Shown piece after piece: positions 29,145-38,800 of a stretch of 64,000 nucleotides of DNA. Under the pieces are notes generated by a model that did no database searches, was not told where the DNA came from, and saw nothing but the letters and a program-made list of their open reading frames with translations. The DNA lies in IMG/VR virus record IMGVR_UViG_3300021088_000005, positions 1 to 64,000 of that record. One strand, written 5' to 3'. Within the stretch, counting starts at the first letter, position 1. Each line of letters opens with the position of its first letter. The translations under genes and the position numbers were made by a program. Source of the stretch: a virus.

Positions 29145-30343
29145 TTAAGGAACTGCAAGACCTAGCGCATGTAGCTATCAACACTTTTCTCCACAACCCG
29201 AACCAGTTTGCTTCGGGCGGTATTCTATTAATGGCAATCGGCGCAGTCGGTGCTATGCTCCGCAAGATTCCTTACCAAATTTGGGGATGGATTGTCCATC
29301 AGACTACTGTCACCATGAGCATCACAGACGATCAGCACGCGTACTATTGGATGAAGTCATGGATGGAAAACCAGCGCATCATGAAGCGCACCCGGCACAT
29401 GGATGTTTATAGCCGGGGAGTCTATAGTTACACAATGGTTCCCGCGCCGGGTCACCACTGGATGCTGTACAAGGGACGTATTCTGAGCGTACAGATAACC
29501 AGGACCGAAGAGAAAGTTTTGCAGAAGACACAACGCTCCGAGACCATCTCGTTCACAACTTTCGGTCGGAAGCAGAAGATATTCCGAGACATGATGGAAG
29601 AAATTCGCGAAGCGTCCGGGGAGAAGCAGGAGAAGGTTCCCGAGCTACACGCTTGGGGGTCATATTCGGAGTGGCAGCAGATTCACGGCTATGTGCCACG
29701 TCCATTAGAGTCAGTCATCCTGCCGCAGGCGGACAAGGATAAGCTGATTAAGGATATCGAGCACTTCCACGCGAGCCGCAAGTGGTATGGCGATATGGGA
29801 ATCCCTTATCACAAGGGATATCTGTTCTACGGACCGCCAGGGACCGGGAAGACAAGCTTGGTGACAGGTTTGTCGAGCTACTTCAAGTCGAATGTTTACG
29901 TGCTTAAGCTAGCCGATATGTCAGACAGCACACTGCGGGAAGCGGTCAGCGGAGTCGAGCCGAATTCGTTCCTGGTGATGGAAGATATCGACACAGTTAA
30001 CGCATCCAATACCAGAGAAGGCGAAGTCGAGAAGGATAAGGAACCGAAGCGCGGGGTTACTCTATCCGGGTTGCTTAATGTGATCGATGGTATCTTTTCT
30101 CCGTCTGGCGCTGTGTTTGTCATGACCACGAACCACAAAGAGAAGCTAGACCCGGCACTGATTCGTCCCGGTAGGGTTGACATGGAGTTGCACATTACTT
30201 TCGCAACCCCGGAGCAGAAGCAGGCATTGTACAATAGATTCTTTCCAGGCGACTGCCCGGAGAAGTATATCAGCCAGGTTATGACCATGGCGGAATTGCA
30301 GCAATCGCTTATGGAAGACAAGCAGATCGCGGAGGCTCGATAA
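29141..30343 (+). CDS. BCS1-like AAA+ ATPase with N-terminal TM helix
   Basis: TM segment; PAPGHHW..YKGR (BCS1_N-like); RPLESVIL; GIPYHKGYLFYGPPGTGKTS; MEDID; TLSGLLNVIDG; LDPALIRPGRVD. Confidence 0.88.
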   Translation: MIKELQDLAHVAINTFLHNPNQFASGGILLMAIGAVGAMLRKIPYQIWGWIVHQTTVTMSITDDQHAYYWMKSWMENQRIMKRTRHMDVYSRGVYSYTMVPAPGHHWMLYKGRILSVQITRTEEKVLQKTQRSETISFTTFGRKQKIFRDMMEEIREASGEKQEKVPELHAWGSYSEWQQIHGYVPRPLESVILPQADKDKLIKDIEHFHASRKWYGDMGIPYHKGYLFYGPPGTGKTSLVTGLSSYFKSNVYVLKLADMSDSTLREAVSGVEPNSFLVMEDIDTVNASNTREGEVEKDKEPKRGVTLSGLLNVIDGIFSPSGAVFVMTTNHKEKLDPALIRPGRVDMELHITFATPEQKQALYNRFFPGDCPEKYISQVMTMAELQQSLMEDKQIAEAR

Positions 30344-30718
30344 TGTGCATACTAGGCGGAGTACTAGGTGGTCTATTTGTTTTGGCCGTGATTTGGGTTG
30401 CGATGTTTATCATCGGGATAACGGCAGACTAATGTGCGAACACAGAGAATGCAAGCATAGCCTGGGTCCTGGCAGTCATTGCACGGAGTGCGACCGCCTA
30501 GCTCGTCTGGTAGCAGAACAGATGAAGAAGCAGTACAGGCCGTTATACGTTCAACGAACTACAACGACGATCCAGAATCCGTTTCGATTCCGGCCAGGTC
30601 AAATCGGCGGAATAGCCGATACACACGATACTACACCGCACGATGCGTTTAAGTTTATAACAGTGCGTGCTGTCCCGGACCCGGCGCATCAATCGAGTCT
30701 GGACTACTTGAAGGGCGT

Positions 30719-30976
30719 ATGAAGCGCTATGTATATCGATGGGGATTTGTTTTCCGGGAGCCTGTTAATCAGGACTACACATACGTGTACCGATGGGGGT
30801 TTGTTTTCCGGAAACCGAGGCCGTGTTCGCCTGATTCGACAATCCCTGGATGGACTAGCACAGGAATTAATCGACAATTCTTTCAGTGCCGCCCAGGGCA
30901 GGTTATAGATTGTAACATGATTTCAGATTTAGTTTCTTTAGGCACACAAGGGATGTTCTTGAGGAAACGAGCATGA
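30719..30976 (+). CDS. Small protein with duplicated YVYRWGFVFR motif
   Basis: Two identical 10-aa repeats with synonymous DNA differences. Confidence 0.55.
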   Translation: MKRYVYRWGFVFREPVNQDYTYVYRWGFVFRKPRPCSPDSTIPGWTSTGINRQFFQCRPGQVIDCNMISDLVSLGTQGMFLRKRA

Positions 30977-31377
30977 ACGTATTCTGCTACTACTGCGGAT
31001 GCTTGACCACGACCGCCAGACACAACAATAAGAAGGGCGGAACCCTGCCCGACAATTTCCGAACGACTGACCACATGCTGCCGAGGTCCAAGGGCGGGCA
31101 CAGTTGGAGTTCGAACACAGTCTTCTGCTGCGATAAGTGCAACCGGGACAAGGGCTGCTTGACATTTGACGAGTACCGGGCTGTCATGGCGCACCGGAAA
31201 CAGCTATTGACCATCCCGGCTGCTAGGGTGTTCGCCGGGGAACGGTTCCCGAAGGCTATTTTCGCTGTAGTCCCAAATAAAGCGCAAAAGTTGGAGATTT
31301 TGCTTGACAACATCGTGGTGGTTGTGATACTATACATCATCGGGACTTTGATCCCTGCTGTTACGAGGCACACATGA
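30973..31377 (+). CDS. HNH endonuclease
   Basis: CYYCG...TTDHMLPRSKGG...CCDKCNRDKG. Confidence 0.85.
   Translation: MNVFCYYCGCLTTTARHNNKKGGTLPDNFRTTDHMLPRSKGGHSWSSNTVFCCDKCNRDKGCLTFDEYRAVMAHRKQLLTIPAARVFAGERFPKAIFAVVPNKAQKLEILLDNIVVVVILYIIGTLIPAVTRHT
31304..31333 (+). promoter_or_regulatory. Sigma70-type promoter inside the 3' end of the HNH gene
   Basis: GCTTGACA-18-TACTAT with TG extension. Confidence 0.6.
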
Positions 31378-31911
31378 GGAATCCGTATATCGCCGCAGTT
31401 GAACGAAGGCTAACCGGGTCGTTTACTGTCCCTTGCGGGGGCGGCGTAATGCGTTCCTTGAACGAGGGCGAACTTAAGCTGTTAACTGATCTACTGAAGG
31501 AGCTTCAGAGGATGGACAAAAAATATAGCCTTCCGGTAGTCAGTAAACTTAGGCATGTCGCGGACGCGTGCGAGGCAGGTGGGCATAAGAGTCGCGCTAA
31601 GATGTTCCGTGCCTTAGCGAAAGAGTTTGAGGTGAACCTGTGACCAGACAGTACCACACAGAGATAGACGCGGACTTGAAGTGCGGCACCAGGGTTTACT
31701 TGATTCAGCGTGAGCCTGGGATGATATTCGAGTTCGAAGTCACCCCGCCGCCCGGAATCACAATTGAGGATTCCGCGAACGTCAAAGATGGCAAGCTGTA
31801 TGTCCGCATGACCAGGGAATCGATGGTCGGGCTGTTCCAGTTGTTTTACATGGTGCTGTTTCCGGGATACAAGCGCAGGAAGAAATTCTTAGGAATATTT
31901 TAAGGAGACAT

Positions 31912-32508
31912 ATGAAGATCAGAAAAGCGAAGTCCAAACTATTTACAAATGCGGACATTTATTACGTTCCGTCGAAGTCTGGCGGGGACGAGCACATTGT
32001 AGTCCAGGTTGATGGAAGGCTGTTCTGCGACTGCAAGGATTTCATGACCCGCAGGTTGCCGTTGCTAACGTCGCCGGGATTCTCGATGTGTACTCACGGC
32101 AAACAGGTAGCGGCGCAGTTCGGGGTAATCCGCCCGGTTACTAAGCCCGCGAAGGTATTTAATATCTTCCGCAAGAGCCCGACTGCCGGATGGGTTGAAT
32201 CCCAACTAGGATCGAAGAATCAGTATTCGACTCACGAAGAAGCCCAAGCAGAACTGGACCGCCATCTTCGTCAATGCGAAGTCGGGCAGCACAAGTGCCC
32301 GCACACCAGAAAGGTATTCGAAGTCCAGGATGGTAAGCCGATCATCGAAGACAAAAAGTACGGAGTGTTCTTTACGCTCGGTGGACGACCGATGCGCTCA
32401 GAAGAATTGCCCAAAGTATATCCGACTCACGAAGCGGCGCAGAATGCAATCAAACGCTGCGGGCACAACGGAACGCTTGTTGATTTCTACGTCCAAGAGA
32501 TTAGCTAG
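31912..32508 (+). CDS. SWIM Zn-finger protein with two internal repeats
   Basis: VPSKSG...FCDCKDF...CTH; YSTHEEAQ and YPTHEAAQ. Confidence 0.65.
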   Translation: MKIRKAKSKLFTNADIYYVPSKSGGDEHIVVQVDGRLFCDCKDFMTRRLPLLTSPGFSMCTHGKQVAAQFGVIRPVTKPAKVFNIFRKSPTAGWVESQLGSKNQYSTHEEAQAELDRHLRQCEVGQHKCPHTRKVFEVQDGKPIIEDKKYGVFFTLGGRPMRSEELPKVYPTHEAAQNAIKRCGHNGTLVDFYVQEIS

Positions 32509-32722
32509 GAGGAATCATGGATTCCAAGTATTGGTTTGTTGTTGAAGGATTGTTCGAGGTCCGGTCAGACGGCACAATTAACTATCTGCCCGGATACACC
32601 CCGGAGAAGGCTAGTCAGGCGTTCGACACTTGGTATAACTCTAGGACTACGATGTTCGACTCTCACGGTCCGGCCATCGAGGGACATGAAATTGCGGTCA
32701 TAAAGAAGATTGAGGAAACCAA

Positions 32723-34195
32723 ATGAATCCGATTTTCTACATAGACTTCTACAAGGTTGGACACGTAGTCCAGTACGCCAAAGGGACTCAACAGGTCTGG
32801 TCTAACTGGACTGCCAGGTCGAGTCGCACAAACCGCAACTCGGTGGTGTTCGTCGGGCTCCAATACTTTATTAAGAAGTATTTGATTGAAGAGTTCAATA
32901 AGAATTTCTTCGGACGCTCGCTGCAAGGGCTATTGAACGAATACCGGGAAGTTATCAAGGCAACCCTAGGCGTAGAATACCCGAAGACCGATCATATCGA
33001 GTATCTTCACAATCTAGGCTATTTGCCACTGGACTTCTACGCTCTGCCAGAAGGGGTTAGTGTACCAACTAAGGTACCATCGGTGGTTGTCACGAACACT
33101 GACGACAATTGCTACTGGCTACCGAACTATATTGAATCCGTGATGTCCGCTATTTTGTGGAAGCCAAGCACATCGGCTACGACCGCGCAGGACTATCGTG
33201 ATCTGTTCATTCACCATGCCAAGCGTTCCGGGGAGACCGATCTTTCGTTTGTTAACTGGCAAGGGCACGACTTCTCGTTCCGTGGCATGTCCGGGCTAGA
33301 GGATGCTATTTTGTCCGGTATGGGTCATTTGACTTCGTTCAACGGCACCGATACTCTGCCTGCTATCCTGGCAGCTAGACAATACTACGGTGCTGATTTG
33401 TCAGTCGGCGGGTCGGTTCCTGCGACAGAGCATTCGGTTATGTGCTCCGGCGGACAGGACGGAGAGTTCGACACATTCAAGCGGCTAATCACCGAGACTT
33501 ACCCTACCGGAATTGTTTCGGTCGTATCGGACACATGGGATTTGTGGAAGGTACTGACCGACTATGTTCCCAGGCTCAAGGAAACCATCTTAGCTCGGGA
33601 TGGCAAGCTGGTTATCCGTCCGGACTCGGGAGACCCGGTTGAGATCATTTGCGGAGCCAAAACTGCTACCTGGCATTCCGCGCCTATGGCAACCCCGGCT
33701 GACAAGGGTACGTTGCGTCTGTTAGCTGAGACGCTAGGAACGAATCTCCCCGATGGGTGCCGTTTGCCGTTAATCAATAAAGCAGGTGCTATCTACGGAG
33801 ATTCGATTACTCTGAAGCGTGCCGATCAGATTCTGACCCGGACGATTGACGAGCTAAAGCTGAGCCCGTACAACATGGTGTTTGGAATCGGCAGCTACAC
33901 CTATGAATATGTCACCAGGGACACCTACGGGCACGCGATGAAGGCTACCGCAGTCCGAAACAACAATCAGATTATCCCGATCTTCAAGAAGCCTGTCACA
34001 GACGACGGATTGAAGACAAGTCTTAAGGGCATACCGTGCGTATACCAGAAGGAATGGAGCACTAGCTATTATGTGATCGATGGCTGCAAGCCTGAGTCAC
34101 TTGACAACTGTGCGTTCCGCAAGGTATTCTCGGACGGCAGATTATTAATTGACGAAAAATTCGATACAATCAGAAAGCGAGCGAGACATGAGTGA
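32723..34195 (+). CDS. nadV: Nicotinamide phosphoribosyltransferase-family protein (probable Namat of NARP1)
   Basis: IDFYKVGH, HDFSFRG, GTDT, SVPATEHSVM, VVSDTWD, IRPDSGDP, IYGDSIT, FGIGSYTY. Confidence 0.9.
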   Translation: MNPIFYIDFYKVGHVVQYAKGTQQVWSNWTARSSRTNRNSVVFVGLQYFIKKYLIEEFNKNFFGRSLQGLLNEYREVIKATLGVEYPKTDHIEYLHNLGYLPLDFYALPEGVSVPTKVPSVVVTNTDDNCYWLPNYIESVMSAILWKPSTSATTAQDYRDLFIHHAKRSGETDLSFVNWQGHDFSFRGMSGLEDAILSGMGHLTSFNGTDTLPAILAARQYYGADLSVGGSVPATEHSVMCSGGQDGEFDTFKRLITETYPTGIVSVVSDTWDLWKVLTDYVPRLKETILARDGKLVIRPDSGDPVEIICGAKTATWHSAPMATPADKGTLRLLAETLGTNLPDGCRLPLINKAGAIYGDSITLKRADQILTRTIDELKLSPYNMVFGIGSYTYEYVTRDTYGHAMKATAVRNNNQIIPIFKKPVTDDGLKTSLKGIPCVYQKEWSTSYYVIDGCKPESLDNCAFRKVFSDGRLLIDEKFDTIRKRARHE

Positions 34196-34439
34196 TATAT
34201 TCGAGCAAGATCATAGCCTAAAAGGATTTCCAGAGCGTATCTATGTTGCCGATCAGGTTGCTTACGGCAGCTACAGTCACGATAGGTTTTCCGCTGCGTT
34301 TGAAGATGTGGACCTTGCAGTTGGTGTCGGGGAGCCTGTAGAAGTAGGAATCTACCAGCTTGTCCGGGTCGCGAAGTTCCAGAAGACTGCGGTCGAGGTC
34401 AAAACCCTAAAGGAAATCAAAAATGATACTAACATTTAA
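34188..34439 (+). CDS. Small hypothetical protein between the two NAD-pathway genes
   Basis: Overlaps both neighbours; FPERIYV...VEVGIYQLV. Confidence 0.55.
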   Translation: MSDIFEQDHSLKGFPERIYVADQVAYGSYSHDRFSAAFEDVDLAVGVGEPVEVGIYQLVRVAKFQKTAVEVKTLKEIKNDTNI

Positions 34440-35280
34440 CTTCCCTGAAAACACAGGGCTAGACCAATTCAACATGTTCCGGTACCCAGGCGGAGAAGTC
34501 CAGGTTCGACTGACCGAGCTAGCGGTGCGGTATTTGACCAGACTGAATCCCGAGACCGATAATGTCATTGTCATAGCTCGAATCCAAGACGGCGAGATTG
34601 TCTCGATAGCTCAACTACTGGACGCCATCAGATCGGTTACCGCAGCCAACGTGCAGTTGATTCTTCCTTATCTTCCGTATGGCAGAGCGGATCGCAGGTT
34701 TGTTGAAGGTGACTCGGACGGTCTCGCGGTCTTCGGCAGGCTACTTGGCATGATGGCTTACGATATTGTCACCCTGGACGCGCATTCACCGAAGGCTGTC
34801 CGCAACATCCGGCACCTTCTGGACGTGAGCCCGAAACCGATCATTGAGCAAGTTCTACAGATGATTCCAGGTTCAACCAACATCTTGCTTCCGGATAACG
34901 GCGCTAGACGTTACGGATTCGGGGATTTGTCGGCAGAAAAGCAGCGCGACCCGGCAACCGGGAAGCTGTCCGGTTTCAAAGTCCCTGATAAGGCGGCATT
35001 CGGCGCGGACAACATCTTGATTATCGATGACATCTGCGACGGTGGTAGGACATTCATCGGAATCGCGGATGCATTGCGGGAAGCCGGGGTTTACAAGCCG
35101 TTGTATCTGTATGTCACTCATGGCATTTTCTCGCAAGGAATCGGAGAATTATTGCACAGGTTCGAGCACATCTACACTACTGACAGCTTCAATAACGAAC
35201 CGTGGAATTCAAACAGGCTGACAAGAATACCGTGCGCGTTGACTATTGTCAGCGCCATCAAGAATAGGAACGCAAAATGA
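34423..35280 (+). CDS. prs: Ribose-phosphate pyrophosphokinase-family protein (probable Adps of NARP1)
   Basis: YPGGEVQV, LPYLPYGRADR, LDAHS, LPDNGA, IIDDICDGGRTF, YVTHGIFS. Confidence 0.88.
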   Translation: MILTFNFPENTGLDQFNMFRYPGGEVQVRLTELAVRYLTRLNPETDNVIVIARIQDGEIVSIAQLLDAIRSVTAANVQLILPYLPYGRADRRFVEGDSDGLAVFGRLLGMMAYDIVTLDAHSPKAVRNIRHLLDVSPKPIIEQVLQMIPGSTNILLPDNGARRYGFGDLSAEKQRDPATGKLSGFKVPDKAAFGADNILIIDDICDGGRTFIGIADALREAGVYKPLYLYVTHGIFSQGIGELLHRFEHIYTTDSFNNEPWNSNRLTRIPCALTIVSAIKNRNAK

Positions 35281-35725
35281 GATTCTTATTCTGGCTAGTA
35301 ACCCCCACCGTTAATCTCGACCCCGGTGTTGTGGCTCGTAGATAAGATTATAGAATGGAGGAACAAATGAAGAAAGCTTTGTTGAAGATTTTCTTTAAGA
35401 AGTGGCTTATGGTTGCCGGATACTTAGCGGGGACGGTAGTCGCTGTCGGAATCCCTATGACAATAGGTATCCTGCTTAAGCACCATCTGATTGCCGAAGC
35501 AGTCTACGTATTTTTGCTATTCACAGGGTTGTTTGCTTTGCTAGAAACCGCCTGTGAGGGAGAGAATAACGGAGGCGACCCGCGATGACAAAACAATTGA
35601 CATTCGATCTGGAATTTAAGAAAGACGGGATAGTCGCGCTGACAGACGCAGGGGTAACATTCCTGAGTCTATACCGGGACAACCAAGACTTGTCCCATGC
35701 GTATCGAACAGCAACCGGATACGGA

Positions 35726-35869
35726 CTACACGTCCGGTTCGAGACCGCTGATATCCGTGACCGAATCGCTCGGGTTCCGATCAGCTAGCTCTTCCGGAGC
35801 TATCACCTTATCGTAGAACTTCGCCCGGATGTCTGCGATCTCTTGGAATAGTTCGTTTAGCTCGGTCAT
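35726..35869 (-). CDS. 47-aa acidic protein coupled (ATGA) to the giant ejection protein
   Basis: MTELNELFQEIADIRAKFYDKVIAPEELADRNPSDSVTDISGLEPDV; below the ORF-track cutoff; 3' end overlaps the convergent + ORF. Confidence 0.5.
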   Translation of the reverse strand: MTELNELFQEIADIRAKFYDKVIAPEELADRNPSDSVTDISGLEPDV

Positions 35870-38800
35870 TTCTTCCCAAATAATGAATTAAGAGTCTTTT
35901 GTCCGTCTTCAACGAACCAACTTGACAGATCACTTCTCATGTGAGTTACGCTCAATATGTAGTCTATAGCCTGAAGTTTGTCTTCGGCAGTCTTAGCCAT
36001 CATCAAGTCCGCCGCGCCGCGTTCCAGTTTGTCCATTCCGTAATCTGTGATTCTCCAGCCACCTTTTCCGTCATCAAAGAAGTTTTCATTTTTCTCGAAG
36101 TGCCCTTCCGGAACCTTGTCGCCAGTTATGTCTTCTGCGTACTCTTCTGGACTGTACGGAGAGTGTCCGGTCAAAATATTGTTAGCGTGAAGTTTGTGTA
36201 TGTTCTCCAGGACAGTATCCGCGATCCTATCTATGCCAGCTTCGTCCCTGACAAACCCGTTCTTAGCATAGTCATTCCAAATCTTCTTCAATCTTCCCGC
36301 AGGAACTACGCTCCACTTCTGACGTTGATCCGGCTTCCCTAGGGAGTCTTTATACTCCGACATGACATTATCGGCAACTTGATTTCGTCTATCGATATAA
36401 TTTTCCACAACTTCGTAGGGAACTTCTCGATTCGGGCTCAGCTTCGGGTTCTCCGGGGTCTTCAGTGCCTCAATTCCGGCTGCGAACTTTGCGCGGCTGT
36501 CCGCAAGTCTCTGCCTGATTGCTTCCGCAGTTATCGGCTCTGTAGCCTTAATGTTTAGGGTTGATCCGGTCTTAGGGTCGTGGAACGATTTTAGCTCATA
36601 CGGCTCCCCAGGGAACATTCGTCCCGCAGGGATAGCGCCAGCGTCACGGATAGCCTCATCAGCTTTTGGGTCTCCGGTGGTAGTCTCGCGTAGTCCTAGC
36701 TTTGGGTTTTCTGGGGTTTCAACTGCTCGTCCAGGTGCTTCCGGACTTCCGCCTTCTGTTCCGGGGACATTTTCTGGATGTCCTGAGCCGCCTTCTCCGC
36801 CATTTGCTGTATTGTTAGCTCCATTTTGTGCTCTCCGTTGAATTTCGTTATGCATTGCTCGAAGTCTATCTTCGCTATAGTGGAACTGACGAGATAGACC
36901 CGGCTCTCTAAACCCTGCATTCTCCTTAATGATATCAGAAACTTCCGGTTTTGTCAAGTGAGATTTTGCAGAGTCTACTGCCTGATGTAGTTTTTCTTGA
37001 ATCTCACCCTCAGTATACCCCGCACGCAACATCATCCTACGCGCCATACCAGCGTCTGATCCTGGGCGCGTCGAGTCGAAATTGACATTATTGTCTCTTG
37101 GCTGCTCGTTAAAAACCTCATCCGCAGCTATTCCACCCATCAAACTACGTACAAGACTAGGAACACTCTCTGGCTTTATAGCGCCACTAGGGTCGGATAT
37201 ATTATCGTACTCGAATCTTACAGCGCCCCTCTTCGCTCCTATGGCCTGCAAATCTGGATGAAGATGGCTAAGCATGCCGCGAACATCTAACCCGCTAGCA
37301 AGCCCCACAAGAGCATGGCCTAGCTCATGTCGCTCTACATTTATATCCGGTTTTGTGAATTCCTGGTTAACTCCGGGGTTCCCAAAACGGTGCGACTTGC
37401 CAGTTGGAACCTTATACTCCCCCGCAGGAATCGGCTCGGGTCCGGTCGTGGTGCCCCAAGTAGACTCGCCTGGGAACTTCTTCTGCGCAACTCTGATAGC
37501 ATCCTTACTACTGAACGCAGGAACTTTCTCAATGCGGGAGTTTCCCTGGGAGTCTATGACTTCAATAGGCCAGTTTTGTTTTCTGGCTGATTGAAGCTCA
37601 TGCATCAGGTCTTCGGATTCTTCCGCGCCTAGCTTTGGGTTTTCCGGCTTTAAATTTTCAATTGGCACGTATGCCTTTATAGTTTTATCCCCTCGCATAT
37701 CTGCCGCAGCTATTCTATGATTGCCATCTACAACTTCACCGTCTCGGTCAAGAACAATAGCTGGAAGAGGAGATTTCAACTTCGCGTATTTTTCAGCTAA
37801 CGCTGGATTGTAATTATCTCCAGCATATACATATCCTTTTCTAGGAACAAAATTATCCAAATCTTCTTGGGTGTCGGGAACACGCTGTATAGGAACATCT
37901 TTTAAAGCGTATTTTCCTGCACCGTATTGTTTAGTGAGATATCTCGCGTCCTCTTCAGATATCTTAGATGTCTTCATCAAGTGGTTAACTACATCGCTGC
38001 CGTCTACTATTTTTGTCCCTAGCTTTGGGTTTGCTGGTCTGGGCTGGGGCTCTGTTGCGGCTGATTCATTTCTTCGTACGCCTTCGCCTTTTCCTTTAGC
38101 AGGTCCCTTCCCCTTCGGTCGAAGCTTTGCTGGATTCCCTTCCTCAGTTGCTGTTTCTGATCCGGCTCCATTCCCTGTAGCTGGTCCCTTAGCTCCTGGG
38201 CCATTTGCTGGAGGCTTCCCTGTTGGCTGTTCATTTGATGCTCCCTTAGTGTCCTGTATAATTTGTTGTAGCCTGCCAGGAGACACATGATGCTGATTGT
38301 CTAGTCCTGCTTCTCTAAACGACGCGTGATCTTCGATTACTTTCTGAACTCCGGGCTTAGACAGCACTGTCGCAGCATCTTCCTGTGCCTGACGTATCAT
38401 CTTGTTAGCTTCTACTTCTGTGAACCCGGCGTCCTTAAATATGCCTTTCAACGCTTTCATATCCGCGCCTAGGTGATGGTTCTCTCCTGCTGGAATATCG
38501 TGGTAAAGGTCATTGGCGACCCCACCAGCCACGTATGTAGCCGCGATGTCCGCCATGCGTGATTTAATCTTGTTCCAGTCAATCTGTTTATCTTCACCTA
38601 CGAAGTCGGTCCAGTCAATCGGAGTGCTCATTAAGCTACCCAAAGATACGTTCTCCGGGTGAATGTGACTTCTGATTCCGTCAGACACCTTAAGCCCGCG
38701 TGCATCTGCGACAACCGCATGAGCTATGTCATGAACTATTCCCATTTGGGTGTCCATTCCCTTAGCTAACCCGGAACGCGGAGCCTGTAGTAGTGGCTCG

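Noticed and set aside
589-35221. Many antisense and shifted ORFs in the track
   Set aside because: They shadow well-supported genes and show no motifs or paralogy, unlike the two overprinted ORFs that were accepted.
32723-35280. NARP2 or ordinary NAD salvage
   Set aside because: No NMN adenylyltransferase (HxGH motif) gene seen; pairing with a PRS-like gene fits NARP1 better.
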